From IMG/VR virus record IMGVR_UViG_3300038678_000209, positions 1 to 53,649 of that record: a DNA stretch of 53,649 nt. One strand, written 5' to 3'. Shown here one piece after another: positions 19,389 through 26,886 of the stretch. How positions within the stretch are numbered: position 1 is the stretch's first letter; the number at the start of each line of letters is the position of its first letter. The notes beneath the pieces were generated by a model. That model did no database searches and was not told where the DNA came from. It was given only the letters and a program-made list of their open reading frames with translations. This DNA comes from a virus (taxonomy: Duplodnaviria > Caudoviricetes). The position numbers were made by a program, and so were the translations under genes.

Positions 19389-20186
19389 TCACTCCACAGG
19401 GGTGCTGCAAAGAGACTCACTGGATGTATGCCCCCAGAGAGGGTCACCAGGCGTAATGCTTGCCATCCGAGCGCAGGCACCACCGGCATACAGCTTGGAC
19501 AGCTCGATGCCCAGCCAGCGGCGGTTCAGCTTCTTGGCGACGGCGGGGGTGGTGCCGCTGCCTACGAAGGGGTCAAGCACGAGATCGCCCTCGTTGGAAC
19601 AGGCTCGAATAATGCGGCCGAGGACCTGCTCAGGCATCTGGCAACCGTGAAAGCCTTGGCGTTCGTTGTGGGTGCCGCAGACTCGCGGGAACTCCCACGT
19701 GTCGTCGGGGATGCGGCCACGAGGATCAGCTCGTTTGTCGCCCGCGAGCTGGCGGGCAGACGGCACGCGGATTGCGTCCGCGTTGAACGTGAAGTGCTTG
19801 GGGTCCTTGACAAAGTAGAGCAAGTGCGTGTGGCTGCGCGTAAACTTGCGCTTGCAATTGACGCCAAACGTGTAGTGCCAAATGACCCAATTTCGGCAAT
19901 GCAGGCCAAGATTACTCGTGCAGATGACCTTCAACTCAGCCGCGTAGTCATCGCCGATGGCAAGCCAAAAGGTGCCGTTGGGCTTGAGCATACGTACAAC
20001 TGCGCTGATCCACTCACGTGACCAACGGAGGTAGTCGATGTGAGGTTGCTTGTCGTTGTAGTCGTCGTACTCGTAGCCGATGTTGAACGGCGGGTCGGCG
20101 AAGACGAGGTCGACTGAGCCCGCGTCGAGCTTGGCGAGTTCCTGAATGCAATCGCCGTGGATGATTTGATCTAAGTCAGTTGTCAT
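19389..20186 (-). CDS. Beta-class N4/N6 DNA methyltransferase (orphan)
   Basis: Catalytic DPPF precedes the SAM-binding [10 protein letters not shown]. The ATG at 20186 has a GGAGGA RBS. Confidence 0.93.
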   Translation of the reverse strand: MTTDLDQIIHGDCIQELAKLDAGSVDLVFADPPFNIGYEYDDYNDKQPHIDYLRWSREWISAVVRMLKPNGTFWLAIGDDYAAELKVICTSNLGLHCRNWVIWHYTFGVNCKRKFTRSHTHLLYFVKDPKHFTFNADAIRVPSARQLAGDKRADPRGRIPDDTWEFPRVCGTHNERQGFHGCQMPEQVLGRIIRACSNEGDLVLDPFVGSGTTPAVAKKLNRRWLGIELSKLYAGGACARMASITPGDPLWGHTSSESLCSTPVE

Positions 20187-20211
20187 GTTAGTTCCTCCTG
20201 GTTGCTGGATA

Positions 20212-20240
20212 GTAATACCGTCAAATCGTGGGCAAGTCAA
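20212..20240 (-). promoter_or_regulatory. Possible promoter for the methyltransferase
   Basis: TTGACT-N17-TATTAC, with an imperfect -10 box. Confidence 0.4.
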
Positions 20241-20343
20241 GCACGAAGTTGGGGGTGGAGACGAGGTGGATCGCGTACACAAACGCCCCGACTAGGAGCG
20301 TCGCGATTGCGGCCACGTACAGAATGGTCAGAGCAGAGCGCAT
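20221..20343 (-). CDS. 40-aa single-TM membrane peptide (below the ORF-track cutoff)
   Basis: [28 protein letters not shown]..., GGGAGGA RBS, own upstream promoter. Confidence 0.5.
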   Translation of the reverse strand: MRSALTILYVAAIATLLVGAFVYAIHLVSTPNFVLDLPTI

Positions 20344-20367
20344 TGCGGGGGTCCTCCCTTCTGCTCG

Positions 20368-20396
20368 ATCATACCCCCGGCACGCAGGCGGGTCAA
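20368..20396 (-). promoter_or_regulatory. Sigma70-type promoter
   Basis: TTGACC-N17-TATGAT. Confidence 0.65.
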
Positions 20397-20665
20397 GTTG
20401 TCAGAAAAGTAGGTGCGTTTTTCTGACAAAGCGCCAGCCGGGCGCGCGGTTGATTGCTGTTTTCTGGGTGCCGGGATAACAGCAGGGCTAGAATTGCGAC
20501 AGTGTGAGCTGGTAAAGTGGAAACGCGAGAAGTGTGAGTCTCAGTGGAATGTGGGTCCGACCGCGGGACCACGGGCGGCCGCGTGTGACCCGGGCGCGGG
20601 ACAGGAGGGCGACAAACTGCGGTTGCTGGCCGTGCCCCACATCTTCCATAGCCAAGCAGGCGTAC

Positions 20666-20884
20666 CTACTCGTTGCGGACGATGGCTGCGTTGGCAAACA
20701 TCACAACTTCATCCAACTTCGTGAGCGCAACTGACTGCTCTCGGCTGGATGGTGTGCTTTCCGCGATGCACTCTGCCAGAACCTTAGCGTGCGCGCGGAT
20801 GCTGGTGTAGCGTGCAAGCTGGTCATCCTTTGGAGGATGGTGCGTGAAGTCTCGGTCTATGCGCTCTCTCATCTTGTCGTCCAT
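20666..20884 (-). CDS. Acb2/Tad1-like helical-hairpin protein (putative cyclic-nucleotide sponge)
   Basis: FTHHPP..QLARY..IRAHAKVLA...SREQSVALTKLDEVVMFANAAIVRNE matches the pattern I recall for the Acb2/Tad1 hairpin family. AAGGA RBS. Confidence 0.7.
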   Translation of the reverse strand: MDDKMRERIDRDFTHHPPKDDQLARYTSIRAHAKVLAECIAESTPSSREQSVALTKLDEVVMFANAAIVRNE

Positions 20885-20904
20885 TGGTTTTTCCTTTCTA
20901 GTGG

Positions 20905-20933
20905 ATTATACCGCCAACGCGAGGGCGGATCAA
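20905..20933 (-). promoter_or_regulatory. Sigma70-type promoter for the Acb2/Tad1-like gene
   Basis: TTGATC-N17-TATAAT. Confidence 0.65.
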
Positions 20934-21240
20934 CCGCAAAAAGCAGCGTGCCCCACATTTTTCGTAGACAACGTGGGGTGCCAATCGTCTCTATTCCCCG
21001 TCGCTCTGGGGGTCCATCGGGGTCCGCTCGCGCCCCGCGTTATCGGTCCCCACCTACCACGCGCCGCGCTCGCGCCCCTGGTTATAGGGCCTGTGCTGAT
21101 CACGCAGTCTGTGCTGGATTATCGGTCGCGTGGCCCGCACGCCACATGTATGATGCTTAAACGCAACACGTGTGTCCAGCGTGCGAGCGCGCGAGCACCC
21201 CCGGGTGGTGGGCAATAGTACTCATGTGCTAGTGGCTAAT

Positions 21241-21255
21241 TGAGACTGAGTCTCA
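21241..21255. promoter_or_regulatory. 7-1-7 palindrome, Fur-box-like
   Basis: TGAGACT-G-AGTCTCA followed by TTATC. Confidence 0.45.
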
Positions 21256-21310
21256 TTATCAATTAGGTTGTCTTGACTCAATCCACCCTTAGCGGCCCCA
21301 CCCCCCCAAC

Positions 21311-21324
21311 TTAGGCTAGCCTAA
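21311..21324. promoter_or_regulatory. 14-bp perfect palindrome, DtxR/IdeR-box-like
   Basis: TTAGGCTAGCCTAA, 24 bp upstream of the early -35 box. Confidence 0.5.
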
Positions 21325-21348
21325 ATTGTAACATCTTGGTTTCACGCC

Positions 21349-21377
21349 TTGACATCACGCGCTAGGCATCATACACT
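21349..21377 (+). promoter_or_regulatory. Early sigma70-type promoter
   Basis: TTGACA-N17-TACACT upstream of the first plus-strand gene. Confidence 0.75.
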
Positions 21378-21409
21378 TAGACTGAATCGCCGAAACGGAG
21401 GCACACGCA

Positions 21410-21817
21410 ATGGAGCCTAAAACATTCTTTTGTGTTGACTGCCAACAGACCCTACCCGCGCAAGACAACAGCCGAACTGGGTCTGGCGGTACGGGCTACG
21501 CCACGAGCGGTGACGCCGACACCCGTGGACCATCAGGCAAGGTCTGTTACGCTTGCTGTGGCGTCCGCGATCGACGCTACATGATCCGCAACGGCCGGAT
21601 AGACTTATACTGGAACAGCCTCCGGGTTTCTAACTGGCCCGGCTCTCTATCATTTAAGGCAGACTGTTACCGAATTAGCTTCCACAACATGGCTGGCAAA
21701 AACGGACGCACCGACGTTTGGTTTACCGGCCCGGATGGTTTCACTTGGCACGGTGTCAACATCGGAGACCACCAAATCATTCGGTGTAAGCGCACGAAAA
21801 CTAAGGCTGCCGCTTAA
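21410..21817 (+). CDS. Early hypothetical protein with Cys motifs
   Basis: GGAGG RBS. CVDC, CYAC, and DVWFTGPDG..WHG..IGD..IIRCKR. Confidence 0.75.
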   Translation: MEPKTFFCVDCQQTLPAQDNSRTGSGGTGYATSGDADTRGPSGKVCYACCGVRDRRYMIRNGRIDLYWNSLRVSNWPGSLSFKADCYRISFHNMAGKNGRTDVWFTGPDGFTWHGVNIGDHQIIRCKRTKTKAAA

Positions 21818-21892
21818 CGCTCGCGCACGTGGATTGTAGACTTGAGCAATCACGTGATGGTCACGCGGTTCTAACAAACGGAGGTTTTTGGA

Positions 21893-22207
21893 ATGTCAAA
21901 ATGCAAGAACACGAACGGATCGGCCTTTATGACCGGTACAGCAGTTGAAGAAACCATGTACGTTGTCGAAGATGTCGGCCCGGTGCCGCGCGACGCATTT
22001 TCGCTGGCTGACTACTTGTCCGAGGATGGCGACGTAGTGTCAATCGAGCGCACGTCCGGATGGTGGTCTCGCTTGTCCGCGCCCGGGTACCTGGACTGTA
22101 CAGACTGGCAAGGTCCGTACAAAACCGAACGCGAAGCGCTGATAGATTTGGCCGAAACGCACGATGTCTGCCCGCAATGCTGGCAGCAATGCTGGGAGCA
22201 AGAGTGA
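21893..22207 (+). CDS. Early hypothetical protein
   Basis: GGAGG RBS. Motif RLSAPGYLDCTDW.GPY.TE.EA. Confidence 0.7.
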   Translation: MSKCKNTNGSAFMTGTAVEETMYVVEDVGPVPRDAFSLADYLSEDGDVVSIERTSGWWSRLSAPGYLDCTDWQGPYKTEREALIDLAETHDVCPQCWQQCWEQE

Positions 22208-22755
22208 TGAAAAGCTACATACCAAAATATCTGGACCGATGGACTAGACCCGACCACTACGTGGGCGCCGAATGGTATGACTACTTTGGCTCCGGTGTGG
22301 GCCAGCACCGCGATTCCGATTGCCTAGAGCGCGCCAATTTCCGGGCAATGCTCAGCGCGCTTGGGTTTGATGACGACGAACTTCCTTCGGACGATTGCCC
22401 AACGGTAGACGATGACCCCACTCGGGTGATCGTCCAAGAAAATCACTGGGCTGTCGGTTGGGTGGAATGGATTGCCATACACCATACGGACGCTGACGGG
22501 CTTCGGATCGCTGACGAGCAAAAGTCCAGATTACAGGACTATCCTGTATTGGACGAAGAACTCCGGTCCGAGTATGAAGACGATGAGTGTTGCAAAGTAT
22601 GGACAAATTGCTACGACCCGCGCGAGCGCGCTGCATACTTGCGGGACCATATTTCCAAACCGGCCGGTTTGTTCAGAGAACTCCGGTCCGCTATTCGTGG
22701 CGATTGGTACGAAGCGGCAAACCTCTTACCTTGCCCATCCGACCTATTATGTTAG
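22204..22755 (+). CDS. Early hypothetical protein
   Basis: GTGA overlap. Motifs RDSDCLERANF, HWAVGWVEWI, L.DYPVLDEE. Confidence 0.7.
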   Translation: MMKSYIPKYLDRWTRPDHYVGAEWYDYFGSGVGQHRDSDCLERANFRAMLSALGFDDDELPSDDCPTVDDDPTRVIVQENHWAVGWVEWIAIHHTDADGLRIADEQKSRLQDYPVLDEELRSEYEDDECCKVWTNCYDPRERAAYLRDHISKPAGLFRELRSAIRGDWYEAANLLPCPSDLLC

Positions 22756-23002
22756 AAAGCCGAACATAATGGAGCTACTCTACTGTGCCGCGTTCCTGGT
22801 GTGCCAGCTTGCGGGCTTGGTCATTCTGGGTTTGATCTTCAGCGTCGATCGCAAACAGAAAAGCAAGACTTGACATTTTGTGTGTGCGAACAACAGTCTT
22901 GGTACTACCCATTCTCTTATACCATAGACTGCCGTTCCACCACACAATTTTCCAGCTTGTACTTTACATGTGCTCGCATTGCGGCGGATTCGTTGATGCC
23001 GC

Positions 23003-23031
23003 TTGACTTTCCGCGTGCGGCATTCTACCAT
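23003..23031 (+). promoter_or_regulatory. Sigma70-type promoter
   Basis: TTGACT-N17-TACCAT upstream of 23055. Confidence 0.6.
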
Positions 23032-23054
23032 CGAACGGAAGGGAGCCGATTACC

Positions 23055-23252
23055 ATGATTACAGCAGAAGAACGACTTGCGATAGCTGCGGACCGTCGGT
23101 TGTGGATCATAGGGGCGAGCTTCGATGCTAACCAAGCACAAAGCAAACCTCGCGAGACGTGTGGCTGCGGTTTCAAGATTCGCGGACCTAACCACGGATC
23201 GGGGACTCATCACAAGATGAGACACCCCAAATTGCGAAAGGGCGGTAAGTAA
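23055..23252 (+). CDS. Small basic hypothetical protein
   Basis: GGGAG RBS. Motif CGCGFKIRGPNH..G.HH. Confidence 0.6.
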   Translation: MITAEERLAIAADRRLWIIGASFDANQAQSKPRETCGCGFKIRGPNHGSGTHHKMRHPKLRKGGK

Positions 23253-23409
23253 CATGATCGGAACAGCAATTGCTATCGGTGTAGGAGTAGTCGTGATTGC
23301 GTTCGCGGGCTGGACGGTTCATTCAGACTTGCACGGCGTTCCGTACTACCGACCGCGTCACCGCCGACGTTTCTAGTCTTGCTCCGTGCAAGAGAAAGGA
23401 CCAATAACC

Positions 23410-23823
23410 ATGATGACCAAAAAGGACTTCATTGCCCTCGCCGACGCCATCCGCCAACACAATGAGTCTCCAGCAGTCGGACCAATATTTACGCCGGATC
23501 ACCTTAACACTCTTGCGCATACCTGCCGCAAGAGCAACCCGCGATTTGACCGTGGGCGCTGGCTAGGCTACATCCGCGGCGAGTGTGGCCCCAATGGCGG
23601 CGCGGTCCGCAAACCAAAAGAGGCGCCTAAGGAAGACGCGCCGAAGCAAGTGGATAGGTCTGCAATTCACCATTTGTGCGAAGTGCTAGAGTGGGGTAAA
23701 GGAAACCGCGGCCGTAGGGACTGCAACCCATACGGCGTGCCGGAAATCGAGGCTGCGCTGCGGTTCCTCGGAGAACTCCAGGGCGTCGACTGGCTGAACG
23801 CCGAAACGGAGACCAATACGTGA
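23410..23823 (+). CDS. Early hypothetical protein
   Basis: AAGGA RBS. Motif MTKKDFIALADAIR...NPRFDRGRWL. Confidence 0.7.
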   Translation: MMTKKDFIALADAIRQHNESPAVGPIFTPDHLNTLAHTCRKSNPRFDRGRWLGYIRGECGPNGGAVRKPKEAPKEDAPKQVDRSAIHHLCEVLEWGKGNRGRRDCNPYGVPEIEAALRFLGELQGVDWLNAETETNT

Positions 23824-24002
23824 CAGACCTACAAGCATTGAAGTACGCAGTGGACGCGCTCCGGCACAATGCTGATTGCGACTTTTTCGCGTGTCCAGGC
23901 CACAAGAAACCACCAGTGGACATGGCAACGTGTAGGCGTTGCCGATCGCTTTGGGAGCTCAACAAACACATGCGGAAGAGAAAGAAAAGTGGTGCTACAT
24001 GA
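23820..24002 (+). CDS. Small Cys-containing hypothetical protein
   Basis: GTGA and ATGA overlaps at both ends. Confidence 0.55.
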   Translation: MTDLQALKYAVDALRHNADCDFFACPGHKKPPVDMATCRRCRSLWELNKHMRKRKKSGAT

Positions 24003-24199
24003 AGAAACACGAGCAAATTGTCTACCTTGCGTCGGCAGGAGCAGTAAAAACGTTTGTAATCTTCTGTTGCGACAAGTGCGAAACCGAGTACGTAGAGCGA
24101 ACCACACACGTATACCTTGCCGCACGCAAAGCAGCAGCCTTGGGGTGGTGTGTAAAGGACTTAGGCAACATTCTCTGTCCCAAGTGCGCGGGAGAGTAG
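23999..24199 (+). CDS. Zinc-ribbon protein
   Basis: CDKC...GW...LCPKC. ATGA overlap. Confidence 0.6.
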   Translation: MKKHEQIVYLASAGAVKTFVIFCCDKCETEYVERTTHVYLAARKAAALGWCVKDLGNILCPKCAGE

Positions 24200-24201
24200 C
24201 C

Positions 24202-24390
24202 ATGAAACCGCAATCTACCATTGGTGGGGACCGGTTAACGGACCCGCGATCGTGCGCAAACTGCGGTCGCCGCCCGCGCCTGCCCACTCTCCAGCACTGT
24301 GGACGCTGCTACGAATACCTAAAGCCCCTTGTACGCGCGTGGGCACGCAAGCAGAACCCCATCCCTGGAGAGGACATACCAGAATGTTGA
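24202..24390 (+). CDS. Small Zn-finger protein
   Basis: GGAG RBS, CANC...CGRC, contains element copy 4. Confidence 0.55.
   Translation: MKPQSTIGGDRLTDPRSCANCGRRPRLPTLQHCGRCYEYLKPLVRAWARKQNPIPGEDIPEC
24217..24237 (+). repeat. Dispersed 21-bp element, copy 4
   Basis: ACCATTGGTGGGGACCGGTTA, 19/21. Near the 5' end of a small early gene, encoding TIGGDRL. Confidence 0.9.
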
Positions 24391-24506
24391 CAACGCGAGC
24401 AACGCGCGAGGCTATACGCATCGTGGCGTATACAGTCTTACTCACACTCGCGCTGTGGTAACACAGCAGCGACAGATTGACAGATTTTCATTCGGAGAAA
24501 CAATCA

Positions 24507-24905
24507 ATGTGTGCGACCAATGATTTAACAGAACTGCGAAAGTTGCGGCGGAAGATGAAATCCATCCGCGCGTGGAAAGTCCTTCGGAAATCCGGCTTGA
24601 ACGTATGGACCAGGTACGCTCTGGCAGAGTACGGCCCCGGACAGGTAAGGGCTAAAGGTGTGTCCCGCGCGACTTGCTACGGGAAGCGCGGGCTGCACGT
24701 CTACCGCACGAAACGGGACGCTAGTAGCACAGCGTGTGGGGCTCGGGTTGCCGTGCCGATCTACATTAACCCCAGGGATTTGATCGCCGCCGAACCCCCC
24801 AAGGGGGACCTCCCAGAGCTGGTAGTGTGTAGGCTTACGATTCGGCCCGAAGACTGGGCCGCGGCCGGCCTGCCCAAACGCGCAACCCGCCGCCGTTACG
24901 TCTAG
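24507..24905 (+). CDS. Basic hypothetical protein
   Basis: GGAG RBS before the ATG at 24507. Motifs RAWKVL, GLHVY. Confidence 0.6.
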   Translation: MCATNDLTELRKLRRKMKSIRAWKVLRKSGLNVWTRYALAEYGPGQVRAKGVSRATCYGKRGLHVYRTKRDASSTACGARVAVPIYINPRDLIAAEPPKGDLPELVVCRLTIRPEDWAAAGLPKRATRRRYV

Positions 24906-24919
24906 CGAAAGGAAAGACG

Positions 24920-25090
24920 ATGGCTGTATTGACAGATGAAGGCATGATGCGCGCGGCGTGCGTCATGCGTGAAGCTGCCGATCGAATGGAACGATCGATG
25001 ATGCGGCTGGACCAAATAGACAGGCAGCTCGAACGATTTGAACTGGCCACTGAGCGACTTATCCAGGTTGTGTCGTCAAACGAAGGATGA
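24920..25090 (+). CDS. Small coiled-coil protein (below the ORF-track cutoff)
   Basis: AAGGA RBS. MAVLTDEGMMRAACVMREAADRMER... Confidence 0.5.
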   Translation: MAVLTDEGMMRAACVMREAADRMERSMMRLDQIDRQLERFELATERLIQVVSSNEG

Positions 25091-25126
25091 GAAATTGACC
25101 AGGGCAGCGCCCTAGGAGTTAAAACG

Positions 25127-25387
25127 ATGGATCAGACATTGCCAGACGAGTGTCTCGCGAGAATTCCCGGTACAAGCGAAGTTATTGTGATCCGGCGTGG
25201 GGAATCCGGGTACCACGAAACCGATTGGGGCGAGCAAACAGGCGAGTGGATCGACCAAGAGAACAAGCGACGTGGCGTAGTCCCCGCCCAGTGTAAGGCC
25301 ATGATTATCGGGTCGATATTTGGCTGGGATGTGCCCGGGGCATTCGCGACTTCGGACATTGCCCAAGGTCTCGGCTTGACAACATGA
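25127..25387 (+). CDS. Hypothetical protein of a type common in phages and mobile elements
   Basis: AGGAG RBS. Motif IRRGESGY...N..RGV.PAQ..AM..GSIFGWDVPGA. Confidence 0.7.
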   Translation: MDQTLPDECLARIPGTSEVIVIRRGESGYHETDWGEQTGEWIDQENKRRGVVPAQCKAMIIGSIFGWDVPGAFATSDIAQGLGLTT

Positions 25388-25421
25388 ACATAACTTTCGT
25401 GCTCGCGTTGCAGCAGGAAAG

Positions 25422-25468
25422 CGGCCCGGCCCACTCCGGTTGTGGAGTGAGCGCGGGCCGTTGTTGGT
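25422..25468. terminator. Hairpin between convergent genes
   Basis: CGGCCCG..CACTCC / GGAGTG..CGGGCCG followed by TTGTTGGTT. Confidence 0.5.
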
Positions 25469-25499
25469 TGCTTCAATCTGCCGTTGCCTCGCGCTCGCG

Positions 25500-26054
25500 C
25501 TAGGCGATTGCTTCGTTTGTCGGCACCAGCGTGATGACGAAGTCCACTTCGGCCGTGGCGCCGGTAGTCGTGCCGGATACCGCAAGCTGGCATCGGAGCG
25601 TCCGACCGGTAGACCAAACGGTGGCTGCCGAGTTGACCAGGATGCGCTCGGTAGGCAAGCCCACAGTGTCACTGTCGATATCCACGTCTGCTACAACATC
25701 GGTAAACGACTCGCTCGCGGCACCATCGCCCACTTGCACCTTGACATCGTGGTCCGGTGCCCCACCAGTTCGCAAGACACGCACAATCGTTTTCACGTCG
25801 ACGATGCGGTACTTTTTCGCCAGCGTGGGCTTGGACAGCACGTTGTGGATCGCACCCGCAGCATCGTAGGCCACGTCCGCAGCTACGATTCCCTTAACTA
25901 CGACGGTAACCGGCGCGCCAAACATCACGGCGTCGTTCGCCGCGAACGCCAAGCTTGACCGCGTGCCGGCTGCGTCTTGAGTGAAAACGCCAGTAGCCTC
26001 TTCTTGGCTAAAATCTGACTCTACGTGCGGTGTCCAGTTTTTTACTACTGGCAT
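25500..26054 (-). CDS. Beta-rich structural-type protein (possible decoration/cement protein)
   Basis: 184 aa, V/T/A/G-rich, AAGGA RBS. Function inferred from composition only. Confidence 0.55.
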   Translation of the reverse strand: MPVVKNWTPHVESDFSQEEATGVFTQDAAGTRSSLAFAANDAVMFGAPVTVVVKGIVAADVAYDAAGAIHNVLSKPTLAKKYRIVDVKTIVRVLRTGGAPDHDVKVQVGDGAASESFTDVVADVDIDSDTVGLPTERILVNSAATVWSTGRTLRCQLAVSGTTTGATAEVDFVITLVPTNEAIA

Positions 26055-26057
26055 GGT

Positions 26058-26357
26058 TCAACTTCCTTTCGTTTCGTTTTTACCCGTTGAGTGCTCGCGA
26101 TCACGCGCCCGCTCCACTCCCAACAGGATCCCTAGCCTTATCACTTCGCCCGTTAGCGCGACCAGCTCGCCGCGCATGGCGTCAATCGACTTCTCCTGCC
26201 GCGCTTGCGCTGTCGCCAACGTCTCCACCCGATCTCGTACCATCCGTTCCACTTCCGCGCGCGTGACCAACGAGCGCGCCAGAGTGAACCACGTGCCCGC
26301 GCTACCAATCACGCCCGCCAAGATCGCAGGTATCAGTTGTGCCAGCGAAATTTCCAT
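26058..26357 (-). CDS. Single-TM plus coiled-coil protein (holin-like)
   Basis: N-terminal hydrophobic helix LIPAILAGVIGSAGTWFTL followed by a heptad-like region. Confidence 0.55.
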   Translation of the reverse strand: MEISLAQLIPAILAGVIGSAGTWFTLARSLVTRAEVERMVRDRVETLATAQARQEKSIDAMRGELVALTGEVIRLGILLGVERARDREHSTGKNETKGS

Positions 26358-26369
26358 TCTCGCTCTATC

Positions 26370-26537
26370 CAGGTCCCCGTGATTACTTGGCTCACGGGGT
26401 CAGAGGCCAAGTCCCAAGCCATAAGGCTGGGACCCACTCTCGCGTGTGTCAAAAGTGGGCGGGGGTCCAGGATTGCGTGCTGCACTCAACCGGTCCCCAC
26501 CAATGGCGCAGTCCTGCGTTCCTGGAGCCTGCCCGTC
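26370..26537 (-). ncRNA. Candidate structured leader RNA with a predicted pseudoknot
   Basis: At least four stems plus a 7-nt loop-to-flank complementarity (see findings). Confidence 0.45.
26487..26507 (-). repeat. Dispersed 21-bp element, copy 5
   Basis: 21/21 as reverse complement. Lies in the structured leader downstream of the leftward promoter. Confidence 0.95.
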
Positions 26538-26543
26538 CGGTCT

Positions 26544-26572
26544 ATTATAGGCCGCAATTTTGTCCAGGTCAA
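26544..26572 (-). promoter_or_regulatory. Leftward sigma70-type promoter
   Basis: TTGACC-N17-TATAAT. Confidence 0.75.
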
Positions 26573-26577
26573 CCCTC

Positions 26578-26606
26578 TTGACATGGCCCTTCGAGGGCGC
26601 TATCGT
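26578..26606 (+). promoter_or_regulatory. Rightward sigma70-type promoter for the replication operon
   Basis: TTGACA-N17-TATCGT, back-to-back with the leftward promoter. Confidence 0.65.
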
Positions 26607-26649
26607 CGAGTGGAAGGCAAAAGTGTTTCCTGTTAAATGGAGAAGAACC

Positions 26650-26886
26650 ATGAAGGTTGAAAATGCAGAAACCGCAAGTAAAGGACAGTTGTTGAGTTCG
26701 TTTGGGCTGGGGGATTGCGTCCGCCTTGTTGGTCCGGAAAACGGTTTCGGTCACCCGTTTATCGGTCACGTATACATTGTCAGCAGTTTTAACGGGCATT
26801 CGGTGGCGGTCAATCTTTTCGATGGGTGCCACCGAGAAAGCGGTGGGTTCGTGCTCGAACCGAACGCGAAAGTCGTCATCGAATGA
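26650..26886 (+). CDS. Small beta-barrel-like hypothetical protein
   Basis: GGAG RBS, ATG at 26650, ATGA overlap with the polymerase gene. Confidence 0.65.
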   Translation: MKVENAETASKGQLLSSFGLGDCVRLVGPENGFGHPFIGHVYIVSSFNGHSVAVNLFDGCHRESGGFVLEPNAKVVIE

